Below, piece after piece: positions 9,127-19,689 of a stretch of 64,000 bases of DNA (position 1 is its first letter; the number at the start of each line of letters is the position of its first letter). Under the pieces are notes generated by a model, which saw only the letters and a list, made by a program, of their open reading frames with translations, searched no databases and was not told the DNA's origin. The position numbers and the translations under genes are program-made. The stretch is taken from IMG/VR virus record IMGVR_UViG_3300023049_000005, positions 124,001 to 188,000 of that record. One strand, given 5' to 3'.

Positions 9127-12100
9127 TTATACAGTAGGCACTGTTTCTAATATAGCACTATCGTCTGCATCAAATCTTATCTCATAAGACCTTTTCACAG
9201 TTCTGTTCTGACCATATCCATTTTCGGCTCTTATCTCTACTACTACATAAGGATCTATACTACTATCTAAAGTAAAGTTATATGGTAAGAACATATTTTC
9301 ACCACTTCTATATTCTTTAAAACTCTGTACCATTTCTAGATCTATTTCTGCCCATTTTGTAACATCATCCCACAATATAAAATCAGTGTTTTCTAATAAT
9401 ATATTTTCCTGAGGCGAAATTTCTCTCTCTTTAACTTTATAAAGATCTTTAGTCTTATTATAATCTTTTCTTAGGTTTAATATCATTGTCCTAGCTTCGA
9501 TACTATTTGCGGGTTTAGTTCCTTCATATTGTGTTTCGGGTAAATTGAGTAGGTCAATAGATATATCAGTCAATAATGATTCATCTCTATCTAATAAATC
9601 ACACCATCTATTTGGGTAATTGGATCTAATTATATCTAATACGTCAAAATTATTTGCTATCATATCTTCTTCTATTCGTAAGTAGTTAGGAGTGTCGGGT
9701 TCGTTACCTAATAAATCAAGTAGATCGTTATATAAATTATCATCTACACCATTTCTACTATCAGGTGTTCCGACTAAACATGATCCACTAGCACCCACCC
9801 AAGGTAAGTAATTAACCGTTGTAGTTCTTAATGAATATTTATAAAACCTTCTTTTATATTTTACTACATTACTGTCTTCGTATAAAGTATTAACATCCCA
9901 TGTATCCACTTCTTGGAATTCTAAAGGAGTATTATTGAAGTTTAATACTACATTACCTTCATCTTCTAATACGTTCTCATATATTTTACCAAAATAATCC
10001 ACCTTATCTCCTGTGTTGTATGAATTAAATGCTTCCCATTTATCATATGTCTTATAGGTTTTCACACCTAATGTAAAATAATCAGGAGAATCATTTGAAG
10101 CTGTTAGAAAATCAATTATTGTAGTATATACTGTACTACCATTTTGTATAGGCATCACATAAGATTCTTCTATATTAAAGTCTATCTCTGACATAGTATC
10201 ATTGGTTTCGAAAACTTTAATAGATGATGATGTATCAAAATTTTGATCTATAGATAAGAAACTCAATTCCCCTGTTATATCTTTAATTTCATGTGTTAGT
10301 GGAATAATATTCTTCTCTAACCAATATTTAAGACCTTCTAATTTGATGATAGCTTCTTCTATACTATATGTGATCAACTTATTTCCTTCGAAATCAGTGA
10401 TTCTATATGTAAGGTTAAATAGTTTAGTTTCTTCATAGTTCGGGTTAGGGAATTGATAAAATTTATAATTATCTGTCCAACCGTCTATGTCATTATTGAA
10501 TATATCCTCAACCTCAACTTTAAATAGTTTCAAGAACTCTGCGCTATCTACATTTATGTTTTGGAAATATTCATATAATATAAGGTCATTATAACCAAAG
10601 TAATTTATAGCATTTATGATACTTCTATATGCACCTAAGTAGTTATAGATATCATTTTTTACTGTAAGTAATTCCTTACGTTTCTCATTCATAAATGTCC
10701 AATCAATACCACCCTCATTTATATCATAGTCTTTGAAAATATAAATATCCTCAGGGTTTATAATCTTACCTATATTAGTTAATTCATTTTTAAATCTTTC
10801 ATCTTCTATTTCTGTTTGTGCGTAAATATCAAACTCAGCTACTTTCTTTTTGATTACTTCTAAAGTTAAATCTAAATATGTAGTAGTTCCTTCTGATGGG
10901 TATTCTACTGCAGTTGTTTCATTAGTAAATGTATTATCATCTAAATATTCAACAATAAGTTCTCTTTCAAATAATTGGATTATTTTCACATTAATATTAT
11001 CATTTGATGACACATACCCAACATCGTTTGTAGTATCAAGAACTCTTATGTTTAAGAATTGGTTTTCATTAAAATTAGTACTTGTTCCTGTTAAATTATC
11101 TAAGTCAACTATTTGATTAAAAGTATCTGTTGAGTTGGATGATAATGTTATTATACCTCTATTATTTTCGCTATCATGTGTAAATGTAAATTCTTGATCA
11201 GGTAGTGTTACTGAGAATTCTGAGTTAGTAAATGAATCATACGAAGGAAAAGTAAATTTAATATCTTCATCTTCATATATGTTTAGAATATTATTAATAA
11301 CCCCCTCTGTTTTGGAATTGAACCCGATAAAAGTTTGTATAGACACAGGAGTAAATGATATATTTTCCTCACTATCATTATAATCTAATGTATATGTAAG
11401 ATTATTAAATATTGTTTGTTGTGCATATCCCTCATCTACTAAATTTAAATCTCTATTTGGTTTCCTTTTTATAATAGGATTAGGTAATGGTTTAGTTCCT
11501 GTGTATGAATAACTACCTGTTGATTCAAGGAAATCACCTGTTACGTCATACATAAATAATTCTTTAAGTATTTCATCTTCTGTGTTCTCCCATCTATATT
11601 CCCAAGTAGCCTGTGGTGCGCCATCAGTCATGTAATTCTTCCTTGGTCTTCTAATAAACTCTCTTGTCTTTAACTTAATGTAATCATCTAAGGAAGTATC
11701 ATTGTCTTCTGATAATGATCCATATGTTTCTGATCCGTTAGTATCAAACGGTGTTGAAGCAGAAGCTTGTGATGATAAGTTAAATATATTAGAAAATGCC
11801 TTTAGTTCATAAATAAAATCAACATCAATTGATAATATTTGATTATTATTTAAGTTAATACCATATATATCATTAGTACTCTTATTTATATTTATTTTAT
11901 CAACATTGAAATCAACATTTAAAGTAAAGAATACTTGATTAACATAGGTTGAAAATACTTTTATTTCTTGATTCTGTGTTGCAATATAAATATGAGAATC
12001 ATTAGGACTAGTAAATATAAATCCATGATCTGTGATATCAAGATTATCAGCAATGATATCTATTTCACTTATAGAAACTAATTTCCCTTCTTCGTTATTA

Positions 12101-15100
12101 ATCCAAAAATACTTATTGAAATTATCTAATGTTATAGAATAATAATTATTAGTCGATATACCAAAGCTAGTGAATGTAGAATCACTGTTTATCTTATTTA
12201 ATTCCCCATCGTTGGCTACGTACATTGATCCATTATATGGGTTGTAGTGTAACTCACCCGATTCTCTTTCTAGTCCCAAATAACTAGGCGTAGATCCTGT
12301 AGAACCAACTCCTATGTTACTAGCAGTTATTCCATCTATTAAGAAATCACCAAATACTACTTTAGTATCAGTATTAACTTTATAAAGGATTTTATCGCTT
12401 GTTATACCAATATCTAAGTTTTGTCTACCGAAGATATACATTGCTTCTTCATCTCTGTTATAAGTCATCTTATTCCAATTATAATTTGCTTGGAAATCAA
12501 ATGATATGAAACTAAAATCAACAGGGTCAATGATCATTATTCTATCACTATCTGTAAATGATATATATGTTTCACCTGTTATATAATCAACTTCCATATC
12601 CCAACCAATTCCTAAGTTAGAAACAGTTGATTTTATCTGATTTAAATAAGGATCTATAACATATACAAAGTTATCACTGAGTACATATAAAAGGTTATTA
12701 AATGGGTTCATAGACTGCATAATAGGGGCTTCTATACTACTAATAGTATCCTCTACCCTAAAAGTAGAACTAATTAAATTAACTTGATCGGTCAATGCTA
12801 TATTCTTAAACGTAGAGTTTAAGTAGTCGATATCAACTAAATTAGAATTTAAAGTAAGGTACTTAATATCATCAGGATTAAAAGAAGCTGTTAAACTAAT
12901 TGCGCTTTCATCATAATAAAAAGCATTCTCTCTTTCTATAGTAATGACTTGGTTTCCATCAGCAGCTTGGTAGAAATTCTTAGCAACCTTTGTTACAGAC
13001 GCAGTAGAGAAACTACCACTATCAATGTATAGAATAGTATCACCTATTTCAAAGTCTTCTCCAAACGCTAAATTAAAAAATGCGTTTTGTGTACTATTAT
13101 TACTAGTTCCCCAAAAAGCTCCTTGGTAAGAAAATACCATTCTATCAGGATCTAATTGAATTATATTATATTCTTGATTAACTAATGTCCAATCTGTATT
13201 GTTTATACTCACGATCTGTCCTGTTGAGAAACATTCGTCCTCGAAAGAAATATTATTATTATTCTGTACAACCTTATTAGAACTTATAATAAGACCTTCA
13301 TATCCCTTAGAATAATTTATTATTTCAAATACTTGTTCTCCTTCATAGAAGAATCTACCTACGTTAATATTAATATCGATAACAAAGTTTGTTTTCTTAT
13401 TGATTATTAAATTATTGAATTCCCTGTCTACGTATATTCCATTATCATTTAATACTTCTGTATGTTGTATAATCCAATTTCCTAAAGTAGTTTCTACATC
13501 AGTATCAAACCCTGTGATATAATTTATATTATTGATATTAATACTTAGTTGTGTATTATCTCCACCAAGTTGATAGAAGATAATATATTTATCTAATATA
13601 GAATAGTCAGTATTAGCACCTACATCGATCCTATTAATATTCATTAATACATTAGGATATGCTGTTCTAAAATAAAGAGAATTATGTAATACATTAACAT
13701 TATTATTACCGAAGTATTCAGAGTCTACATATATTCCTCTTTTATCTAATTCTAATTTCCATTTTTCTACAAATGCTTTTAATGTAATATCAATTGATTC
13801 TTCCGTATCTTCCGATCCATTACCTCTTGTTATAATAGTGCTTTCTATCACATATACTTGATTATTGATTCTTATCGATATTCCGAAATCATCTATATCA
13901 TTGAATACTATTCTTTCTTCGTTTCTCTCAGCGTAGTCATCTCTATCTTCGTTGTTTAATGTTTCTTCAATTTCTATTATTCTTTCAATTGTTCTCTCTT
14001 TACTAGAAACCTCAGTAGTATAATTAACATTAACTATATCCGTAGCGGTTAATCCAAAGTTAGCGTTTATCTCTTGCCAATATAATCCCGAATCATTTGT
14101 TAATTCATTAAATTTAGTAGCAGTCGATGCCGCATCATCTGAGAAGAAAACATAACCTGTTGGTGAAGTTAATGTTTCTGTAGTAATTACATTAGTTCCA
14201 TTTACAGTAACTGATACATTTGTTTCAGGGTGTGGATCATATGAAAATGTATATCCTGTTGGTGAGAAATTAGTCCCATCTGTTATACTTCCACTAAAGC
14301 TATCTACTTTATCTACGAAGAATTTAACATCTACATAGTTAGTTGGGTATAGACTCCTTAATCTAACAAACTCTCCAAGTGGATCTATATCAGAGTATAA
14401 TCCTAATTGGTTTATACTATCACTATGTATAGTAAATGCGTTATTAATATTCGATATTGCGTTAATATTATTATCATATGTATAAGACAAATCAACTGAA
14501 TTAGTTTCTAAATATAGTGTACCATTAATAGTTTCATCGTTTATACTTTCAACTATTGGTAAATATTTAGTTTCTTCCCAAAAATCATTATCCTCAGGTG
14601 TTATGCTACTAGTAGCTGATTGTGTATAAGAAGTAACACAAGAATATATTTGGTTATTGAAAAGTACTTTACTTGCGTCAGATGGTGTTAAACCACCATT
14701 GAAGTAATACTGATTTATTCTATTGAATGTCGATATCTGTGTGCTATCTACTGTTATAGTACCTACATTATTATTTGAATTAGGTATAGTTAATTTAGAA
14801 TTAGGTTTAATTAAAGTGTTGACACTCGAAGATAACCCGATATAACTACCCGTTGCCACAATGTTTATATTACCATTATATAGAAGTATATTATTTGTTT
14901 TATTAGTGACTCTGATTTTAAGGTTATTATCAAAATCATCCATCATTAATTTAAAGTCTGTATAATAATTATCGCCTAATGTTTTAGAATTGATAGTAAC
15001 GATAGTATCGTCATTATTTTCTAAGTTAACTAAGTTTAATTTCTGACCACTGTATATTAAGTTGTAAAAATTTGGTTCACTCCAATTCGGGAAATTATTA

Positions 15101-15726
15101 GAATAATCACTATCTATATAATCATATATTTTAATAGCATTAACGCCATTAGCTGTAACATTCGTATACTGATTCGGATCATTAATAACACCACCACTTT
15201 GATTTATGAACTCTCTGTTATTAGTCCCTGTTATAATCATCACAGCGTTGGTTTTAGTACTAATTACTGTATATGTTTCTTTACTATTGATACCAAATAT
15301 ATCTCTACTGAATTTAATTTCCTCGCCTTTTCTAAAAATGGTATTAATTGCTTGACCGTATATCCACTTTGAAAAGAAGTCTTTCCTATCATTAACTGCC
15401 TCTACTTTAGTAACACCTATACTACTAGTGTTGCCTATTATTGACATACCATTAGTATTGAAAAGTTGGAACTTTTCTGTGGATAATTCATCAGTCTTAG
15501 TATCAGAATTATATTGCTGATAGTCAAATCCTCTTATTCTTTCGAATGTACTTATTTCTAGATTCTTGAATGTGTCTGAACTATTTTCTTCAAAGTATAA
15601 TTTACCTTTGTAATAACCTAGTTCTTCGTCGAATAATATGTTAATAGGATTGCCTTTTTTGTTGTAAAAGACATAATCTCTATTGAACCAATTTTGATCA
15701 CATGTATTAATTTTAATAGTAGACAA
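9127..15726 (-). CDS. Large virion structural protein, probably baseplate wedge (contains a beta-propeller-like region)
   Basis: 2199 aa, N/D/T/S-rich; 'YLGAYRSIINAINYFGY' wedge-like segment; YVTN-like repeats; CBM5/12-like 'W...Y..GDKVDY' motifs. Confidence 0.55.
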   Translation of the reverse strand: MSTIKINTCDQNWFNRDYVFYNKKGNPINILFDEELGYYKGKLYFEENSSDTFKNLEISTFERIRGFDYQQYNSDTKTDELSTEKFQLFNTNGMSIIGNTSSIGVTKVEAVNDRKDFFSKWIYGQAINTIFRKGEEIKFSRDIFGINSKETYTVISTKTNAVMIITGTNNREFINQSGGVINDPNQYTNVTANGVNAIKIYDYIDSDYSNNFPNWSEPNFYNLIYSGQKLNLVNLENNDDTIVTINSKTLGDNYYTDFKLMMDDFDNNLKIRVTNKTNNILLYNGNINIVATGSYIGLSSSVNTLIKPNSKLTIPNSNNNVGTITVDSTQISTFNRINQYYFNGGLTPSDASKVLFNNQIYSCVTSYTQSATSSITPEDNDFWEETKYLPIVESINDETINGTLYLETNSVDLSYTYDNNINAISNINNAFTIHSDSINQLGLYSDIDPLGEFVRLRSLYPTNYVDVKFFVDKVDSFSGSITDGTNFSPTGYTFSYDPHPETNVSVTVNGTNVITTETLTSPTGYVFFSDDAASTATKFNELTNDSGLYWQEINANFGLTATDIVNVNYTTEVSSKERTIERIIEIEETLNNEDRDDYAERNEERIVFNDIDDFGISIRINNQVYVIESTIITRGNGSEDTEESIDITLKAFVEKWKLELDKRGIYVDSEYFGNNNVNVLHNSLYFRTAYPNVLMNINRIDVGANTDYSILDKYIIFYQLGGDNTQLSININNINYITGFDTDVETTLGNWIIQHTEVLNDNGIYVDREFNNLIINKKTNFVIDININVGRFFYEGEQVFEIINYSKGYEGLIISSNKVVQNNNNISFEDECFSTGQIVSINNTDWTLVNQEYNIIQLDPDRMVFSYQGAFWGTSNNSTQNAFFNLAFGEDFEIGDTILYIDSGSFSTASVTKVAKNFYQAADGNQVITIERENAFYYDESAISLTASFNPDDIKYLTLNSNLVDIDYLNSTFKNIALTDQVNLISSTFRVEDTISSIEAPIMQSMNPFNNLLYVLSDNFVYVIDPYLNQIKSTVSNLGIGWDMEVDYITGETYISFTDSDRIMIIDPVDFSFISFDFQANYNWNKMTYNRDEEAMYIFGRQNLDIGITSDKILYKVNTDTKVVFGDFLIDGITASNIGVGSTGSTPSYLGLERESGELHYNPYNGSMYVANDGELNKINSDSTFTSFGISTNNYYSITLDNFNKYFWINNEEGKLVSISEIDIIADNLDITDHGFIFTSPNDSHIYIATQNQEIKVFSTYVNQVFFTLNVDFNVDKININKSTNDIYGINLNNNQILSIDVDFIYELKAFSNIFNLSSQASASTPFDTNGSETYGSLSEDNDTSLDDYIKLKTREFIRRPRKNYMTDGAPQATWEYRWENTEDEILKELFMYDVTGDFLESTGSYSYTGTKPLPNPIIKRKPNRDLNLVDEGYAQQTIFNNLTYTLDYNDSEENISFTPVSIQTFIGFNSKTEGVINNILNIYEDEDIKFTFPSYDSFTNSEFSVTLPDQEFTFTHDSENNRGIITLSSNSTDTFNQIVDLDNLTGTSTNFNENQFLNIRVLDTTNDVGYVSSNDNINVKIIQLFERELIVEYLDDNTFTNETTAVEYPSEGTTTYLDLTLEVIKKKVAEFDIYAQTEIEDERFKNELTNIGKIINPEDIYIFKDYDINEGGIDWTFMNEKRKELLTVKNDIYNYLGAYRSIINAINYFGYNDLILYEYFQNINVDSAEFLKLFKVEVEDIFNNDIDGWTDNYKFYQFPNPNYEETKLFNLTYRITDFEGNKLITYSIEEAIIKLEGLKYWLEKNIIPLTHEIKDITGELSFLSIDQNFDTSSSIKVFETNDTMSEIDFNIEESYVMPIQNGSTVYTTIIDFLTASNDSPDYFTLGVKTYKTYDKWEAFNSYNTGDKVDYFGKIYENVLEDEGNVVLNFNNTPLEFQEVDTWDVNTLYEDSNVVKYKRRFYKYSLRTTTVNYLPWVGASGSCLVGTPDSRNGVDDNLYNDLLDLLGNEPDTPNYLRIEEDMIANNFDVLDIIRSNYPNRWCDLLDRDESLLTDISIDLLNLPETQYEGTKPANSIEARTMILNLRKDYNKTKDLYKVKEREISPQENILLENTDFILWDDVTKWAEIDLEMVQSFKEYRSGENMFLPYNFTLDSSIDPYVVVEIRAENGYGQNRTVKRSYEIRFDADDSAILETVPTV

Positions 15727-15831
15727 CTTCTATAAGATAATTTTATCTATATATAAAATATGTCTATATCGTTAAGTAAACAAAATGACTATTTTAATAT
15801 ATAATATTCACAGAAATAATAACATTCAAAT

Positions 15832-16206
15832 ATGAGAAAAAAAGCAGAAAGTCTATTTAAAAATGAGATGACACAACATATAATTGATAAAATAGAAGAA
15901 AAAAAATACTTTTCAGGTAAAGAAAAGATAGCAGGTGAAAAGTTTTTTCTTGGTTGTTTACTACTTGAAGAGAAGGATAACATAGAGATAGTTATTGATA
16001 TATGTGAAAGAGATATAGAAGATAGGACATATGAACTTTATAGTATAAAAGTAAATGGATTAAGTAAAGTGGGATACTTTACTTTAAGTAATAAGAATTC
16101 ACATATTAACAAAAACATAAAGGATATACTAAAAAAGTTAAAAGCTGAAGAGCGATTAGAACAAATTAAAAATGAAATAGAAGAAGAAATAAAAAATGAT
16201 AAATAG
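15832..16206 (+). CDS. Hypothetical protein
   Basis: 124-aa ORF. Confidence 0.7.
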   Translation: MRKKAESLFKNEMTQHIIDKIEEKKYFSGKEKIAGEKFFLGCLLLEEKDNIEIVIDICERDIEDRTYELYSIKVNGLSKVGYFTLSNKNSHINKNIKDILKKLKAEERLEQIKNEIEEEIKNDK

Positions 16207-16211
16207 ATATT

Positions 16212-16586
16212 ATGACTATGCAAATACAAGGAGATAGTTATAGACCTGATATTACCAAAAGGTTAAATAGAGTTGATAATAGATATAAAGACGAAAAGAT
16301 ATATACTCAGCTTGGTATAAAATATGAAAATATTGGAACAGAAGATATAACAATCGATCCCAATAAAAAAAAGATTATTATTCATAACTTAATTACAATA
16401 TCTTCTTTTTTGAGATATTTACATGTGGTTTGGTATGCAGATGATAAATTATGTAGACATCGATTCCCCTTCAGGAACAATTTAACTAAAGTGGAGAAAA
16501 AGCACAATTGGTCAGTCAGTGGTTTAAAGAATATAATAACAGTCGAGAAAACTAACGAAATGTTAAAGGAAAATAAAAAAGGATAG
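16212..16586 (+). CDS. Hypothetical protein
   Basis: 124-aa ORF. Confidence 0.7.
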   Translation: MTMQIQGDSYRPDITKRLNRVDNRYKDEKIYTQLGIKYENIGTEDITIDPNKKKIIIHNLITISSFLRYLHVVWYADDKLCRHRFPFRNNLTKVEKKHNWSVSGLKNIITVEKTNEMLKENKKG

Positions 16587-16604
16587 GAAACTATCCTTTT
16601 TTTG
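16575..16604 (+). terminator. Intrinsic terminator
   Basis: aaaaaaggatag-gaaa-ctatccttttttt. Confidence 0.8.
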
Positions 16605-16663
16605 TTTTTGGTAAAAAAAGAGAATATAATATTTATATATACTGTATAAAATGATAACCATAT

Positions 16664-17242
16664 ATGATAAATTTATATAATAACCATAATAACAAGAAAC
16701 TTAAGTTTAAAGTTGATATCACAGGCGTTGATGCATCTGAGGTTAAACCTAGATTGATCATCGAAACTGAGGATAAGAATTACATGGTAAAAGGGAAGAT
16801 TGAAAACAAGGAATGTAATTTTGTTATACCCATGTTAGAAGGCTTAATCCAAGGTGAAAAAGGTAAAGTGTATTACGAGGTAATCGTATCTAATGAGCAA
16901 TACAGTAAACTTTGGGAAGAAGATTTTGAAACTATTTCTAAAACTGAAATCAAAGTAGTTGAAAGTAATTACGAAGAACAAGAAGAAGCAGTGGTAGCTC
17001 CAAAAATAAGCGTGGTTAGTCTATCATCTGTTGAGGAAGAAGAACTAGTTAATGAGTCGATTGAAGAAGAAAAAGTTGAAGAAAAAACACAAGAGAAAGA
17101 AGAAATAAAAATAGATAAAGAAGTAATTATTGAAGAAGATAAAGAAGAAGAAATATCTGAAAATACTGAACGTGTAGAAGATATGGAAGGTAACTTTTTA
17201 AACTTCAATGATTTCTTATCAAAAAATACAAAAGGAGAATAA
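16664..17242 (+). CDS. Hypothetical protein with acidic tail
   Basis: 192 aa, Glu-rich C-half ending FLNFNDFL. Confidence 0.75.
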   Translation: MINLYNNHNNKKLKFKVDITGVDASEVKPRLIIETEDKNYMVKGKIENKECNFVIPMLEGLIQGEKGKVYYEVIVSNEQYSKLWEEDFETISKTEIKVVESNYEEQEEAVVAPKISVVSLSSVEEEELVNESIEEEKVEEKTQEKEEIKIDKEVIIEEDKEEEISENTERVEDMEGNFLNFNDFLSKNTKGE

Positions 17243-17243
17243 T

Positions 17244-17420
17244 ATGGAAGAAGAAAACATTATTGTAGACTCTATAAATGAGGCAAAATCTGCAGTTAGA
17301 TTGATACAGGAAAAACTATATGAAGATCCTATTGATACTAAAGCTTTATTCCGAATTACGTTGAATCTAAATGAGTATTTAGATTCATTGGGAAATAAAA
17401 TCCACCAAGGAAAAAAATAA
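17244..17420 (+). CDS. Hypothetical protein
   Basis: Likely start MEEENI at 17244 within ORF 17208..17420. Confidence 0.6.
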   Translation: MEEENIIVDSINEAKSAVRLIQEKLYEDPIDTKALFRITLNLNEYLDSLGNKIHQGKK

Positions 17421-17440
17421 AAAAAAAGATAAATTAAGTT

Positions 17441-19153
17441 ATGACTAAAATTGTAGACCCAGATGATTTATTACAATCAACACAAGGCTCAGATGGAACA
17501 CCCGATGGAAATGTGTTCTTTGATGTAGCAACAAAACAAATAGAATTAATCAATATTGATGTATTATCTACTGTAGATTACGGTACAGGAGCGACTGCTA
17601 ATAGATTAAGTTCTGATGGTATAGCACTTCAAGCACTATATTCATTCGCTAAGGAAGAATGGAAAAATGACAACGAATTAATTAAATATGCTTTCCCTTT
17701 CGTTGCGATTACCTCGGAGCAGTTTGAGATGATAAATGATTGGGATTTTATATCTAATACAGGTATAACACAATCAAGAGATGAAACAAAAAACCTTATC
17801 CGTGATGCGGGTTGGACATTAAGAGATAATAATGGTTCTTCACAAGAAGAATATATGAATATTACTTCTCTTGGTACGTTTAACAACAGTGCGGTTGATC
17901 AAGCCTACTATCTACAAGAAGACGGTGCGACACCATCTAACGTAGTATTACCAGGTGAGGTTAACCAAGCAATTAAAATATTTGGTGCATCAGGATTCGG
18001 AGATATTAACTTTAGAACTTTCTTTAAGATTTATCTTAGAGAACAAGGAAAGATATATGGTTTCTATGATCTTATATTAGAACAGAACCTTGCAACACTT
18101 ACTTCACGTAAGTTTACATTGCCTCTTACTAACGCAACAGATATTAAGATTGAAGCTGCAGATGGAGAGATTTCAATTGGTGGTACAGTAGCAGATCAAG
18201 CACCATATTCAGGTATGTCAATTGAATACTTCGCAGTTCCACAAGATAGAGGTGGTTTAGTTGGTGGTACATATTCATTTAATGTCATTATTGATGGAAA
18301 TAATGCATCAGCAGAACAAATTTATGAGTTCGTACAATGGTCATTACGTCAATCGTTTGATATAGATGCAGGAACAGGCTCAGTTAGGGGAGATACAGCA
18401 GAGGAATTACTAGAATTTATTGGTGATACATTAAGAACTAAATCTACAACGGATGGTGGTGTTTTCATTGATAACTTTAACAGTGCGGATACTAACAGAA
18501 TTAACTTTACTGATAATACAGGATTAGTTAGGACATTCCCATTCGTTGCAGCAGGTAACATTCAGTTTAACGATAACCTTGTAAGTGATGGTGATTCTAG
18601 ATATTGGGTATTCTTTACTAATACAGGTACATTAGTAGCATCTGATATCGATATTGCGCAAACAACAGCTAATGAGGGTATTATAACTACACAAGGTGCG
18701 GTTGATTTTGCTACATTTAGTGTGTTGGATTATATTAACATAAGTGGTTTTACTACTGAGAATAACAATGGTATTTTCCAAGTAACTGCAGCTTCTTCAA
18801 CAACAGCATCTGTTACGAAAACAGATGAAGAACCTATTGTAACAGAAGCAGCAGGAGATATTATCACAATTGGTCTGAACCCGTTTGGTTCACCCGATGC
18901 GATTATAATACAAGATGCTACAGGCGATCCTATTAACGGAACTGTATCAGGATCATCACTTGTATCTTTCGATTTTGATTACGATGGTAACATTCAGGGT
19001 GGTAGAATACCTGCTACAAACGCAGCCTTTACAGGGGTTGCTATTGGTCTGAATACAGGACAATATGTGGTTACATCAGGTACGATCACAAGAGCGACTA
19101 CGAACGTAATTAACTTCGTGGCTGCACTTGAAAGAAACTACCTTAATCCATAA
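17441..19153 (+). CDS. Virion structural protein
   Basis: 570 aa, T/G/D/N-rich beta-type composition; shares an LYSxxKEEW-type motif with 19689..22085. Confidence 0.6.
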   Translation: MTKIVDPDDLLQSTQGSDGTPDGNVFFDVATKQIELINIDVLSTVDYGTGATANRLSSDGIALQALYSFAKEEWKNDNELIKYAFPFVAITSEQFEMINDWDFISNTGITQSRDETKNLIRDAGWTLRDNNGSSQEEYMNITSLGTFNNSAVDQAYYLQEDGATPSNVVLPGEVNQAIKIFGASGFGDINFRTFFKIYLREQGKIYGFYDLILEQNLATLTSRKFTLPLTNATDIKIEAADGEISIGGTVADQAPYSGMSIEYFAVPQDRGGLVGGTYSFNVIIDGNNASAEQIYEFVQWSLRQSFDIDAGTGSVRGDTAEELLEFIGDTLRTKSTTDGGVFIDNFNSADTNRINFTDNTGLVRTFPFVAAGNIQFNDNLVSDGDSRYWVFFTNTGTLVASDIDIAQTTANEGIITTQGAVDFATFSVLDYINISGFTTENNNGIFQVTAASSTTASVTKTDEEPIVTEAAGDIITIGLNPFGSPDAIIIQDATGDPINGTVSGSSLVSFDFDYDGNIQGGRIPATNAAFTGVAIGLNTGQYVVTSGTITRATTNVINFVAALERNYLNP

Positions 19154-19169
19154 TAAATATTTAAATTAT

Positions 19170-19207
19170 AAAAAAAAGGAAAGATTTATTAGTCTTTCCT
19201 TTTTTTG
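19170..19207. terminator. Bidirectional terminator
   Basis: aaaaaaaggaaaga...tctttccttttttt between convergent genes. Confidence 0.75.
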
Positions 19208-19689
19208 TTTAAGTCTTTTATGTTTATTTTAAACCCCTCATCTTTTATGTGTGATGCGGTAATATTGGCTCTCTTATAATATTCTTCTTCGTTTTCAAGT
19301 AATTCTATTTCAATTTTAGGTATATTACCTTCTTCTATTATGTTATATGATATTAATTCAGCAGTTATCTTAGGAACGATATGTTCTACTGATATCTTAT
19401 ATTTCTTTATGAGATCCTTTTTCCGAATCTTTACTTTAATGACTTCTATTTCTTCGTCATTCTCTTCAAGATCTTTTCTAAACTTTTTCCAATAGTCTTT
19501 ATCATAATAACCACCAACTTTACCTCTTTTGACTCTTATCTGACCATCGGGCTGTCTAATTATTATATCAAATTCTACTGCATCACTAAGTATGCCTTTA
19601 GTTATAAGACCAATTGATCCACCAAGAACCCCCTTGGTCATTATAGAGTTTATTAAGTGATTACTTTGTGTTCCGCTTTGTGTTGCCAT
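19189..19689 (-). CDS. Hypothetical protein
   Basis: 166-aa ORF coupled to upstream gene. Confidence 0.7.
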   Translation of the reverse strand: MATQSGTQSNHLINSIMTKGVLGGSIGLITKGILSDAVEFDIIIRQPDGQIRVKRGKVGGYYDKDYWKKFRKDLEENDEEIEVIKVKIRKKDLIKKYKISVEHIVPKITAELISYNIIEEGNIPKIEIELLENEEEYYKRANITASHIKDEGFKINIKDLNKKRKD